Part shown: piece after piece, positions 8,590-17,756 of the stretch
Layout: the number at the start of each line of letters is the position of its first letter
How positions within the stretch are numbered: position 1 is the stretch's first letter
IMG/VR virus record: IMGVR_UViG_2541047856_000006
DNA length: 37,164 nt
Reading direction: 5' to 3' (one strand)
DNA from: a virus
Lineage: Duplodnaviria > Heunggongvirae > Uroviricota > Caudoviricetes
The notes under the pieces: generated by a model
Databases searched by the model: none
Seen by the model: the letters and a program-made list of their open reading frames with translations, nothing else
What the model was told of the DNA's origin: nothing
Made by a program: the position numbers and the translations under genes

Positions 8590-8901
8590 ATGACGACACC
8601 AACCAGACGGATAAGTTTCTATCTGAAGCCCGCCGCCGTCAAGAACGAAGGCGAAGCATGCGCATGGCTGGACAGCCTTACACCAGAAGCCCGCAAAAGC
8701 GGCCAACGCGTGGCTTTTCTGGCCGGGCTGGCACTTCTGAAAATGAATCCGGCAGAGGCTTACCGACTGGCTGCATGGGCTGACGATGAGACGTTATCAG
8801 TGACACAAACCAGGACAGAACGCCCCGAGTCACAGCCAGTACCAACCGCACAGATAACCAGTCAGATGGCCGGAAATATCAGGGCGTTATTTCCTGAATA
8901 A
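8590..8901 (+). CDS. parR: ParR/StbB-like centromere-binding adaptor
   Basis: 103 aa directly after parM; MTTPTRRISFYLKP...AFLAGLALLK resembles the remembered R1 ParR N-terminal ribbon-helix-helix region. Confidence 0.65.
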   Translation: MTTPTRRISFYLKPAAVKNEGEACAWLDSLTPEARKSGQRVAFLAGLALLKMNPAEAYRLAAWADDETLSVTQTRTERPESQPVPTAQITSQMAGNIRALFPE

Positions 8902-8964
8902 CACAACATCAGGGCGAGTTCGCCCTGCTCTCCACCTCAGAACATAAACAAGGAGAACGACATA

Positions 8965-9489
8965 ATGAGCGAAATCAACTATCAGGCATTACGTGAGGCA
9001 GCACAAAACTATCAATCGACGCTGGCGTGGTATGAGGCCATCGCGGATAACCCAAATGCTGAGCAGGATTGTAACGAAGCAGTGGCGGCGTTTAAGCGTC
9101 AAATCCGTCATCAGGAAATGGACATTATCGCCGAGCTGCTGGAAGAACTGGAAACCAAAGACAACAGGATCGCTGAACTGGAAAAAATCGCCACTGACCA
9201 TGCACTTAAATTCCAGAAAGCACAGGACGCATTAAAGCATACCGCTTTGCTGCATAGCCGGACGGCGCAACAAACAAATAATTTTGCAGTATCGCTTCCG
9301 GACATAAGCGAATATTTCATTAATGACGTATTTCAGCCCTTGCGATACGAGCGGGATGTTGAAAGAGCCATCATAAAGGCTGGCGGAAAAGCATTGTGGC
9401 AGGAGAAACACGAGGACAGAACGCATCAGTCCTGCGATGTAAATTGTGGATGGTTTAGCCCACTGACGACAGATAAAAATAACACCTGA
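8965..9489 (+). CDS. Hypothetical coiled-coil protein
   Basis: 174 aa; good spacing from an upstream AAGGAGA; central predicted coiled coil (ELLEELETKDNRIAELEKIATDHALKFQKAQDALKH). Confidence 0.55.
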   Translation: MSEINYQALREAAQNYQSTLAWYEAIADNPNAEQDCNEAVAAFKRQIRHQEMDIIAELLEELETKDNRIAELEKIATDHALKFQKAQDALKHTALLHSRTAQQTNNFAVSLPDISEYFINDVFQPLRYERDVERAIIKAGGKALWQEKHEDRTHQSCDVNCGWFSPLTTDKNNT

Positions 9490-9501
9490 TCTCCCTCAAA
9501 C

Positions 9502-9527
9502 CAGGGCGATAATCGCGCATCGCCCTG
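9502..9527 (+). other. Stem-loop after the accessory operon (possible terminator)
   Basis: CAGGGCGAT-aatcgcgc-ATCGCCCTG, 9-bp stem; no clear T-run follows. Confidence 0.4.
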
Positions 9528-9979
9528 CTGCACAATAGTGCACAAATTTGCACAATTTTTTTGAACGACTTTTTACCCTTCAGGCCCGCATGGCGGCTGG
9601 ATCCGTCAAGGATCCGTGCATGCACAAAAAAACGCGTTTTTTCTGCGCGCAGGTGACGGGGGAACAGCCCGCGTTTCAGGGGGTAAATAGTATTCCCTGA
9701 GCGATGTCGCAGCGACATAACAGAATGGCCATATTTCTCACGCTGAGCGTGAAAAAGATGTGAGGGCTTTTGATTTGATGGGGTGAAAGGTAAGGCCGTC
9801 AAAATCGCACTGAGGCGGTGAGAACATGCAGTCAGCGCGGTGGGATTGCGTAAGAGTCTGACCGTCGATGATGGTAATAAACAGGAAAGCGTCGTGAAAT
9901 TATCTGATTGATACAGGAGCTGGAGAGTCGGGGCATAAATTTTTTATGCCCCGCCGAAGCAGCAGACAAGCGAAGCGCG
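9528..9979. other. Non-coding, palindrome-rich region; probable cos/packaging region
   Basis: ~450 bp with no credible ORF, next to portal and terminase. Contains several short palindromes (AAAAACGCGTTTTT, ATGTCGC/GCGACAT, TCACGCTGAGCGTGA) and a GGGGCATAAA-ttt-TTTATGCCCC hairpin at 9928..9950. The exact cohesive-end sequence was not identified. Confidence 0.4.
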
Positions 9980-11026
9980 TCAGGATGTGGGCTGGGTGTC
10001 TAACAGTGCGTAAGGGTTAAAGCGAATCACCTCTTCGCCAAGCCAGTCATTGATGTGCTTCATGGCCTCCATGACGGGCATCAGCTCGTTAATTGCGTAA
10101 ACCCGCGCGGCCTTCTCCACATCACCAAACGCACTTTTTTCGCCTGGCATCGCCCCCATCAGTTGCGGCGGAACGCGGTGCGCAGCCAGCACATCATCAC
10201 GGGATGCCACCTTAACATTCATGAACTCATCCTTTGCGGTGATCTGCTGGAACGGCAAAATTTGCACCCCCTCTTTGCCACCGTTGGGCGCATGAATGAG
10301 CACGTTTTTAAACGCACCACCACCACGCGCACCCTGTAGCGTTTCTTTCAGGGAGTCCATGCTTTCGCGGTTTACCTGCGCTGCACCGATGTAGATGATG
10401 CACCCGGCGTGGGATCCGTTGTCGTAATACAGTTTTCTGAACATGTCCGCCGAATGAGACAGGCTGGCCGAGAGTAATGCGCCGAGATATTCCGGCATGC
10501 CGTAGATTTCCTGGTTAATGTCAGGATTCATCAGGTGGCACACTTTGCCAGGGCGAAACTGAAACGCGTCCTTGCCATCCTGCACATACCACCATGATTC
10601 AAGATCGCTTCCGCGTCGCATGTATTTCGCCAGGGCGTGCCGTAATTTAAGCGGTTCGCCGAGCATATTGCTTCGAAGCTCAAGGAATGCGTTACCGAAC
10701 ACAAACCAGTCCAGCGCCAGCGCCGAGAAATCCTGCCGGGAAAGCAACGGGTGCGGGATGTAGCAACCGAGTAATACATTGCGCTTAAAGTAAAGCGCAG
10801 ACTGATGCCAGGACGTTTGCCGGGCAGCTCTTGCCAGACCGTACCAGTCCACCGGGGTTTCATACCACCGCCCGTTATCAGCACAGTACATATTGTCCAG
10901 CAGGTCATGCCCGGTCAGGCGATAAGGACCATCAAATGTGAATGCACTGAGCGATGATTCTTTCCTGAGCGCATCAGCGAGATCAATGCGTGAACTCATG
11001 CGCACTTTTTTATTTTTTCTGCTCAT
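9980..11026 (-). CDS. Q: Portal protein (P2 gpQ-like)
   Basis: 348 aa, directly downstream of and overlapping the large terminase; size and position match P2 Q. Confidence 0.88.
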   Translation of the reverse strand: MSRKNKKVRMSSRIDLADALRKESSLSAFTFDGPYRLTGHDLLDNMYCADNGRWYETPVDWYGLARAARQTSWHQSALYFKRNVLLGCYIPHPLLSRQDFSALALDWFVFGNAFLELRSNMLGEPLKLRHALAKYMRRGSDLESWWYVQDGKDAFQFRPGKVCHLMNPDINQEIYGMPEYLGALLSASLSHSADMFRKLYYDNGSHAGCIIYIGAAQVNRESMDSLKETLQGARGGGAFKNVLIHAPNGGKEGVQILPFQQITAKDEFMNVKVASRDDVLAAHRVPPQLMGAMPGEKSAFGDVEKAARVYAINELMPVMEAMKHINDWLGEEVIRFNPYALLDTQPTS

Positions 11027-12777
11027 CAGAACTCCATAACCGTGAAACGCTCGTTTTCTCCTTCGCCGCCAATTGGTTCGTTAATGACAGCAAGCATGGT
11101 TGCCCACGCAAGGTCGCCGTGGCTGATCCCCCTCGCGCGGTCCGTTTCGTAAGTGATAAAGCCGCCCGGTGTTTTCACCTTACGCACGGCGTTAAAGGCC
11201 GCGACCAGCTCGCGTTCGGCGCGATCGTATTCCCACCGCCCGGCACGCATTATTTGCAGCATTTTCAGTACCAGCGACCGTTTTGATGACAGCGTGAAGG
11301 TGTACGGAATAGCGGCAGGGAAAAACCGTTTCACTATCTGATAAACAGCCTCCCCGTTCCCGCCCGTCACATCAATGCCGATGTGTTCCACGTTGTAGCG
11401 ACACGTGAACTCTTCAATGACTCTGGCCTGTTCTTCAAACTCCAGCCCCTGAACGCGTCGCGTCTCCACCGTTCGAAAACGGCCACCAGGAACAGACGGA
11501 GGAACCACCACGGACACAGCGCCGCTGTCGCCGTTGCCACTGCTGCCGTTTGCGTCATACCCAATCCATACCGGACGATTCCCCATCGGGCGGGGAGCAA
11601 AAGGTTTCCAGTCTTTCCAGTCGTCGTATCCGTCAACACCGCAGCCAATCAGGATATTCAGGTTAAATGCCGATTCCCCTTCGCGGACAAACTCACACAT
11701 ATAGAGATTGAGGAACTCGTCTTCGGTGTTTTCATCACGAATTTCGTCGATATCGGTGTGTTCCCAGCCGTGATTAACCACATCTTCCAGCGTGACAATT
11801 TGCCGCCACGTCCGGTCAGGGCAGATAAGCCCGTTATGCAGCGTTTTCCAGTCCACAGAAAAACGCTGGCGTTTATGCGTGGCCTTTTTCTCGTTCCAGC
11901 GGTCGCCGTTCCAGTAGGCGTATGCCTCGTGCGTTTCGGTGGATGGCGTGGAGAAGTAGGTGCGCCGCAGTCCGCTGAGGGTTGCCATAGCGCCAGCCAC
12001 CTTGCGCAGTTCAGCAAAGCGACTGACCCAGAAAAATTCATCAAAATAAAAATTGCCCGTATAGGACTGTGCCGACGCAGCAGAAGTGCCGAGAAAATGC
12101 AGCTCTGCGCCGTTGGAGAGGATGATTTTATCGCCCCCTTTCAGCTCCACATCAACTTCAGCCGCGGCCTTCTGAATAATGCTTTTAAACTGGAACGCCT
12201 GACGACGCGACGCAGACAAAAAAATCTGGTTACGCTGGTAAGGTTGCGCCACATCGTCACGCAGCGCCATCAGCAGCGCTTCCTGTGCAAAATACCAGGT
12301 CGCCCCAATCTGTCGGGATTTCAGGATCATCCTGTTACGTATCCCTGCTTCCCTGCAAAGGGTCAGGGAGTCAAACCAGCCCCGCTGATGCCACTCCAGC
12401 CTGCTGATGATTTTTTCCCGCAGTGCGGCAATCTGTTCCGGCGTGAAATGATTTTTAAGCTTTTTCGCCCGGCCTTTCTTTCCTGTGGCCGTCGCATCCG
12501 GCTGGCCATCATGCAGTTTTTTAAGCTGCCGGGTCAGCAGGTCTATTTCCTTGAAGTCACCACCTGTTTTATTCTGTTTTTCAGTGAGCTGGATGAGGCG
12601 CGCATCGATGGACTGCGTGACACGCTGCACGGGTGGCGTTTCATCCCACTGGTCGCGTTTTTTCCACGCATAAATCGTGTTCGGGTTTATTCCCATCAGA
12701 CGTGATATTTCTGCGGGCGGATAACCCTGCCAGTAAAGTTGCCGCGCACGCTGGCGCACAAAAGCGTCCTGAATCAT
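11026..12777 (-). CDS. P: Terminase large subunit (P2 gpP-like)
   Basis: 583 aa; position and size match P2 P, divergent from the capsid operon. Confidence 0.9.
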   Translation of the reverse strand: MIQDAFVRQRARQLYWQGYPPAEISRLMGINPNTIYAWKKRDQWDETPPVQRVTQSIDARLIQLTEKQNKTGGDFKEIDLLTRQLKKLHDGQPDATATGKKGRAKKLKNHFTPEQIAALREKIISRLEWHQRGWFDSLTLCREAGIRNRMILKSRQIGATWYFAQEALLMALRDDVAQPYQRNQIFLSASRRQAFQFKSIIQKAAAEVDVELKGGDKIILSNGAELHFLGTSAASAQSYTGNFYFDEFFWVSRFAELRKVAGAMATLSGLRRTYFSTPSTETHEAYAYWNGDRWNEKKATHKRQRFSVDWKTLHNGLICPDRTWRQIVTLEDVVNHGWEHTDIDEIRDENTEDEFLNLYMCEFVREGESAFNLNILIGCGVDGYDDWKDWKPFAPRPMGNRPVWIGYDANGSSGNGDSGAVSVVVPPSVPGGRFRTVETRRVQGLEFEEQARVIEEFTCRYNVEHIGIDVTGGNGEAVYQIVKRFFPAAIPYTFTLSSKRSLVLKMLQIMRAGRWEYDRAERELVAAFNAVRKVKTPGGFITYETDRARGISHGDLAWATMLAVINEPIGGEGENERFTVMEF

Positions 12778-12931
12778 TGCTCCCCCTGAGTAATTACAGG
12801 AAGATTACCCGCGCGCGAAACTGTTCTCCTTAACCCCCTGTTCTGGCCGTTTTCTTACAACAAAAGCCCTTTGTATCAGCCTGTTACGCTTTGCCATCAT
12901 GACTGAAGAACCAGTCAGAGGGGCAAAAACT
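12778..12931. promoter_or_regulatory. Divergent late-promoter region between P and O
   Basis: 154-bp intergenic region between divergently oriented late operons, the arrangement of the P2 P and O late promoters. No specific activator site was confidently identified. Confidence 0.4.
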
Positions 12932-13768
12932 ATGGCTAATGAAAAAAAGACATCCCGCAAAAAGTTTCGCGTGGCTGTCTCCGGTGTAACGGCAGACGGG
13001 CGCGAAATCAACGGCGACATGCTGAAAGCTGCCGCCACCAGTTATAACCCGTCCGTTTATGGTGCACGTGTGAATATTGAGCACATCCTGTCACCACTCC
13101 CCGGTAGCGAGTTTTCCGCTATGGGCGATGTTGTGGGGTTGAGCACCGAAGACATAACCGATGGCCCGCTGGCAGGCCGCACGGCACTGTATGCCGAAAT
13201 TGAGCCGACCGCTCGCATGATGTCCCTGCTTAACGATGGTAAAAAAATTTACTCCAGTATTGAGCTGGAACCACAGTCAACCATCACGGGAGGCCCTTAC
13301 CTGCGCGGGCTGGCAATGACCGACACCCCTGCCAGCCTGGGCACGGAACGTCTGGCCTTTGCGGCACAACAACGTATGCAACTGATGACATTCAACTGTC
13401 AGCAGGGAGACGTGGCGATGTTTACCGCCGCTATGGAGTCAGAACTTATCGAACTCACCGAACAACGTCAGGAAGAAGGCACCCAGTGGTTTAACCGCGT
13501 TATGGGGATTATTGGCCGTGGCCGCAAAGCGGATGACGCCAGTTTCTCCCGTATTCAGGAAGCGGTGGAAGGTGTCGCAACGTCACAGGCCGACATTATC
13601 GACCGTTTTAATGCGCTGGAAACCCGCCATCAGCAGGACAGCCAGAAAATCACTTTACTGACCACAGAGCTGACAGCACTGAAGGAAAAACTGCGCACGC
13701 AGGACGGCGATCCGCAGAACCGGTTCACCGCAACGGGCGCAGCCTCCGATCAACTGGCTGACTTCTGA
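12932..13768 (+). CDS. O: Capsid scaffolding protein (gpO-like)
   Basis: ORF frame 12899..13768; start placed at the internal ATG at 12932 (MANEKKTSRKKFRVAVSG...), similar to the remembered P2 O N-terminus. Confidence 0.82.
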   Translation: MANEKKTSRKKFRVAVSGVTADGREINGDMLKAAATSYNPSVYGARVNIEHILSPLPGSEFSAMGDVVGLSTEDITDGPLAGRTALYAEIEPTARMMSLLNDGKKIYSSIELEPQSTITGGPYLRGLAMTDTPASLGTERLAFAAQQRMQLMTFNCQQGDVAMFTAAMESELIELTEQRQEEGTQWFNRVMGIIGRGRKADDASFSRIQEAVEGVATSQADIIDRFNALETRHQQDSQKITLLTTELTALKEKLRTQDGDPQNRFTATGAASDQLADF

Positions 13769-13791
13769 TAAGACAAAGGAGCAAATTTTTT

Positions 13792-14844
13792 ATGAATCTG
13801 GTGATGTCAGATATTACCCGCAACAAGCTGGGTTGCTATATGGCGCAGCAGGCGTCGCTTAACAACATCCCGGTATCTGCACTGGTATCGCGATTTACCG
13901 TGGAACCCTCGGTGCAGCAGCGTTTTGAAAACGCAGTAAAGGAGAGCACTGAATTTACAAAAAAAATTAACGTGTTCGGTGTGACCGACCAGAAAGGCGA
14001 AAAAATCCTCCTGGACACCACCGGGCCGATTGCGCGCACGAATACCAGTTATGACGGCACAAAACGCCGTAACCCGAATAACGTGGTTGATCTGAAAAAC
14101 CGTAAATATCAGTGCGAACAGGTGAACTACGACACGTTTATTTCGTATCCGCAGCTTGATGCCTGGGCGGCACACCCTGATTTTCAGTCACGCGTCAGCA
14201 CACAGATTGCCCGGCAGGTGGCGCTTGACCGCATCATGATCGGTTTCAACGGCACGTCTCACGCAGATGAGTCCAACTTCAGCACCAACAAGCTGCTTCA
14301 GGACGTTAACGTGGGATGGCTGGAGCACATCAGAACCGACGCCAGCGAGCGCGTAATGAATGACGTGACGCTGACCTCCCGCAACATGGACAACACCGTG
14401 GCGCACGCGGGTAAGTATGCGAACGCTGATGCACTGGTACAGGACGCGCGCTCATCCCTGCTGGATGAATGGCACAAGGAAGCTGACGACCTCGTGGTGA
14501 TTATGGGGCGCAACCTGTTTAACTCGCTGCGTCTGCCCGTGCTGAACAGCATCAGCGGCCAGAATCCCAATGCGGAATTACTTGCCGGACAGCTCATCCT
14601 GTCATCGCGCGCCATTGGCGGACTGGATGTATTCCTTGCGCCGTTCTTCCCGGATTCAACGATGCTGATCACCTCGTTCAACAACCTGTCGATTTACTGG
14701 CAGAAAGGAACAATGCGTCGCCTGATGAAAGACGAGCCGGAATACAACCGCATCGCCACCTACCAGTCCATCAATGACGCTTATGTCGTTGAAGACTATG
14801 GCAAGTGCGCGATGGTCACTGGCCTGAAGTTCGCCGACAGCTAA
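13792..14844 (+). CDS. N: Major capsid protein (gpN-like)
   Basis: 350 aa; segments FTVEPSV, YQCEQVNYD, IMIGFNG, VGWLEHIR, VVEDYG match the remembered P2 N; preceded by AAAGGAG. Confidence 0.93.
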   Translation: MNLVMSDITRNKLGCYMAQQASLNNIPVSALVSRFTVEPSVQQRFENAVKESTEFTKKINVFGVTDQKGEKILLDTTGPIARTNTSYDGTKRRNPNNVVDLKNRKYQCEQVNYDTFISYPQLDAWAAHPDFQSRVSTQIARQVALDRIMIGFNGTSHADESNFSTNKLLQDVNVGWLEHIRTDASERVMNDVTLTSRNMDNTVAHAGKYANADALVQDARSSLLDEWHKEADDLVVIMGRNLFNSLRLPVLNSISGQNPNAELLAGQLILSSRAIGGLDVFLAPFFPDSTMLITSFNNLSIYWQKGTMRRLMKDEPEYNRIATYQSINDAYVVEDYGKCAMVTGLKFADS

Positions 14845-14889
14845 TCAACTCACGGCGGACATCATGCCCGCCTGTAACGGAGAGAAAAA

Positions 14890-15690
14890 ATGATTACTCC
14901 TGCACAGCAACACTGGCAGAACGTGATGGCACAGCGCGCAGGCCGGGCGAATGAAGGCGTGGACCACGCCGCGCGTACCGCGCATGAAGAGGTGCTGTAT
15001 CGTCTGCGTCTGGCACAGGCCCGACTTAAGGGCGTACAGGCCAGAAGCGCGAAAGCCGCCATCAAAAAAGAGTTGTTGCCGGACTTTTCCGGCTGGATTG
15101 AGGGAACGCTGGAGGCTGACGGCGGGCAGCAAGATGAAGTGATTGCCACGCTGATGGTGTGGGCAATTGACTGCGGCGATCTTCCGCTGGCGCTGCGTAT
15201 TGGTGCGTATGTGGTCCGTCACAACCTCATCATGCCGGATAACTTTGGCCGTACTGCTGCCACGGTACTGACCGAAGAAATCTGTAATCCGGTACTGACG
15301 CAGGCCGGGACGGATGCCGACGCGGATTTGTCCGCCTTTATCGAACCACTGGACACCCTCCGGGAGATTGTCACCGACCAGGACATGCCGGACGAAGTGC
15401 GCGCCAAATTATGCAAGGCGTGCGCCTTTGCCCGTCGTGGCCTGACCGATGCGGACAGCATGGCCTCATCACTGAAGCTGCTGCGCGAAGCGATGCACCT
15501 GAACCCGAACGCAGGTGTGAAACGCGAGATTGCAACCCTTTCCCGCGCCCTGAAAAAAGCCGATTCCGCAGCCGCACCAGAAGATGCCAGCACACCGCAG
15601 GCGCAGGACGAAAGCAGCAAAAGTAAAAAGACAACGCGGAAGCCTGCAACACGAAAAACCACCGCGACGCAGAAGGCGAAGCGCGGTTAA
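14890..15690 (+). CDS. M: Terminase small/endonuclease subunit (gpM-like)
   Basis: 266 aa following the capsid gene; basic Lys/Arg-rich C-terminal tail. Confidence 0.8.
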   Translation: MITPAQQHWQNVMAQRAGRANEGVDHAARTAHEEVLYRLRLAQARLKGVQARSAKAAIKKELLPDFSGWIEGTLEADGGQQDEVIATLMVWAIDCGDLPLALRIGAYVVRHNLIMPDNFGRTAATVLTEEICNPVLTQAGTDADADLSAFIEPLDTLREIVTDQDMPDEVRAKLCKACAFARRGLTDADSMASSLKLLREAMHLNPNAGVKREIATLSRALKKADSAAAPEDASTPQAQDESSKSKKTTRKPATRKTTATQKAKRG

Positions 15691-15791
15691 CGACTGACCC
15701 CGTCAGCGGGCGGCGTGCGCGGTGTTCCGGTTTGACTCCGTGACCGTTTACACCGCACACCCACCGCCCGATTTTTTCAGGAGTGAACCCC

Positions 15792-16286
15792 ATGAGTATG
15801 GTTGCCAGAACCAACCCCGGCCCCGCAGAGGACGACATCACCGATACCGATGATGGTGATACCCGTATTTCAGCGGGCGCATTCTGGCCGGATATTGTGC
15901 TGCGTGAGCTGCGTCTGGCGATACGACTGCCGGGCCGTGTGACCACCTCCCGCCTGCTGCATACCGCCACCGGGGCCGTGGCACACGTTACCCGCGAGCT
16001 GGAAGCGTGGCAGCAGGAACAGCAGGCGGCTGGCCATCAGACGCTGGCCGATGTTCCGGCACCCGTAATTAACGGAGAAAGCGTCAATCTCTGGCGCTGG
16101 CGCAATGCTGTTTATACCGCCACACGCGCCCTGATTCTGGAGCGTTACCGCGATGCGGACACAACGGACAAGGGCGACCGCCGGGCGGACGCACTGGATA
16201 TACAGACATCGGATTTGTGGCGCGATGTGAGCTGGGCCATCTCTGACATTCTGTGCCGCCCGCGAATCTTTGCGGAGTTGTGCTGA
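15792..16286 (+). CDS. L: Head completion/stabilisation protein (gpL-like)
   Basis: ORF frame 15783..16286; ATG at 15792 preceded by AGGAG; position after M. Confidence 0.75.
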   Translation: MSMVARTNPGPAEDDITDTDDGDTRISAGAFWPDIVLRELRLAIRLPGRVTTSRLLHTATGAVAHVTRELEAWQQEQQAAGHQTLADVPAPVINGESVNLWRWRNAVYTATRALILERYRDADTTDKGDRRADALDIQTSDLWRDVSWAISDILCRPRIFAELC

Positions 16287-16486
16287 TGAAAGTGAAGGCA
16301 CTGGAAGGCGACACCGTGGATTCGCTCTGTTTCCGGTACTACGGCACGACGCAGGGCGTCACCGAAAAGGTGCTGGATGCCAACCCCGGACTCTGTCAGC
16401 AGGTATTTCTGGACGCCGGGCAGGAAGTGGAGATGCCGGAGCCGGAGAAGAAGAAACGAGAAATGATTCAGTTGTGGGGGGAGTAG
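16286..16486 (+). CDS. X: Tail protein X (gpX-like)
   Basis: 66 aa; ATG overlaps the L stop; position as in P2. Confidence 0.75.
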   Translation: MKVKALEGDTVDSLCFRYYGTTQGVTEKVLDANPGLCQQVFLDAGQEVEMPEPEKKKREMIQLWGE

Positions 16487-16488
16487 CA

Positions 16489-16812
16489 GTGAGCACCATT
16501 CAAACAGGGATCACAGAGCAGGTTATTGCATGGCTCTTTGACCACCTGCCAACGGTGTATGCAGTAGGCGCGGCGGTCAGCATTTCCGCGCTGATGAGTC
16601 TTTATGACGGACGAACACTGGTTCAGACCGTAACGGGATCGCTGGCGTGCGGCGTTCTTGCCATGGCTGTGGCCGGGTCGTTGCGCTTCTTCGGTTTTCC
16701 TGAAGATGCCGTGACGTTTATCGGCGCATCAATCGGTTTTATGGGGGCAGAGAAAGCACGCGATAAGGTTATTGCGGCCTTTAATCGCAGGGTGAAGGAG
16801 AAGGACGAATGA
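16489..16812 (+). CDS. Putative holin
   Basis: ~107 aa from a GTG at 16489, with hydrophobic helices (AVGAAVSISALMSLY, VTGSLACGVLAMAVAGSL), immediately upstream of the endolysin. Confidence 0.5.
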   Translation: MSTIQTGITEQVIAWLFDHLPTVYAVGAAVSISALMSLYDGRTLVQTVTGSLACGVLAMAVAGSLRFFGFPEDAVTFIGASIGFMGAEKARDKVIAAFNRRVKEKDE

Positions 16813-17201
16813 GCAACACATTTAAATTCAGCAGCCGGAGCGAAAAGAATTTGCAGGGCGTAAATCCTGATCTGGTGAAAGTGACCCGACGGGCACTGGA
16901 AATTTCGGAAGTGGATTTTGGTATCACCGAAGGGTTGCGCAGCCGTTACCGCCAGAAGCAACTTGTGGCCACAGGTAAGAGCCAGACCATGAACAGCCGC
17001 CACCTTACGGGACATGCCGTGGATGTTGTGGCTTATATCGGCAGCCAGGTGTCATGGGAATGGCCGCTGTACGAAAAAATCGCAGCCGCATTCAGACAGG
17101 CCAGCCGGGAACTGAATATTCCGGTGGAATGGGGCGGCGACTGGAAGACCCTGAAAGACGGACCGCATTTTCAGTTACCACACGGAGCCTATCCGGCATG
17201 A
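16809..17201 (+). CDS. Endolysin, peptidase M15-type (L-alanyl-D-glutamate peptidase-like)
   Basis: 130 aa with SRHLTGHAVDV and DGPHFQL motifs typical of zinc-dependent M15 peptidoglycan peptidases; it occupies the slot of the P2 lysozyme K. Confidence 0.75.
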   Translation: MSNTFKFSSRSEKNLQGVNPDLVKVTRRALEISEVDFGITEGLRSRYRQKQLVATGKSQTMNSRHLTGHAVDVVAYIGSQVSWEWPLYEKIAAAFRQASRELNIPVEWGGDWKTLKDGPHFQLPHGAYPA

Positions 17202-17605
17202 AGCTCTGGCCAACGCTTGGCGTCGCTTTCCTTCTGATTGCCGGATGGGGAACATCCATGCGTCTGTCATGGTCGCTGGGCCGGGAGAACGCCAGAAACG
17301 AAGCGCAGGCCAGCACCCTGAAACGTACCGCCGACACCCTGAATATCATCAGCGCCGGGGTACAGGATATGCAGCAGGTGCTGGCGCAACTCCGCGTGGA
17401 AAATCAGCAACGCAATCAGGACGGAGAGGCAAGACGTGAACAGCTACGCAACGATATTGCAAAAGATGAATGCGCCCACGCTTTGCCTGACGCTCGTTTT
17501 ACTGACAGGCTGCGCAGGCACGCAGAACGCGCTACGGCCAGCGCCGTCAGTCCGGCTTATACCGCAGACGCTGACCATACCGGTAACGCCTCCCCCCTTC
17601 CCTGA
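17198..17605 (+). CDS. Putative inner-membrane spanin (Rz/LysB-like)
   Basis: ATG at 17198 overlaps the endolysin stop; N-terminal transmembrane segment (MKLWPTLGVAFLLIAGW) followed by a Gln/Arg-rich predicted coiled coil. Confidence 0.6.
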   Translation: MKLWPTLGVAFLLIAGWGTSMRLSWSLGRENARNEAQASTLKRTADTLNIISAGVQDMQQVLAQLRVENQQRNQDGEARREQLRNDIAKDECAHALPDARFTDRLRRHAERATASAVSPAYTADADHTGNASPLP

Positions 17606-17756
17606 CACTCCCACATGGGGAAATCTCGGTATATGGGGCGACCGCCTTCTGGATGCACTGGAAACCTGTAACGCGGATAAACGGGCCATTGAATTACTGG
17701 AACAGCGCAGGCTGCAACGACTGAACAACGAGGACAACAACCATGCTGAAAACTGA
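17436..17756 (+). CDS. Putative outer-membrane lipoprotein spanin (Rz1/LysC-like), overlapping the i-spanin in another frame
   Basis: Signal peptide with lipobox LLTGC and a Pro-rich segment; starts inside the preceding spanin gene. The start may be the internal ATG at 17466. Confidence 0.55.
   Translation: MNSYATILQKMNAPTLCLTLVLLTGCAGTQNALRPAPSVRLIPQTLTIPVTPPPFPDTPTWGNLGIWGDRLLDALETCNADKRAIELLEQRRLQRLNNEDNNHAEN

Noticed and set aside
9455-9802. 115-aa minus-strand ORF in the region after the accessory genes
   Set aside because: Lies in the palindrome-rich non-coding region presumed to contain cos, with no ribosome-binding site and a low-complexity translation.
9528-9979. Attempt to pinpoint the exact 19-nt cohesive end (cos) sequence
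   Set aside because: I could not find a confident match to the P2 or 186 cos sequence as I remember them; only the general region is reported.
11383-12705. 440-aa plus-strand ORF
   Set aside because: Lies entirely antisense to the terminase large-subunit gene, has no ribosome-binding site context and is Arg/Pro-rich in a way typical of shadow ORFs in GC-rich coding DNA.
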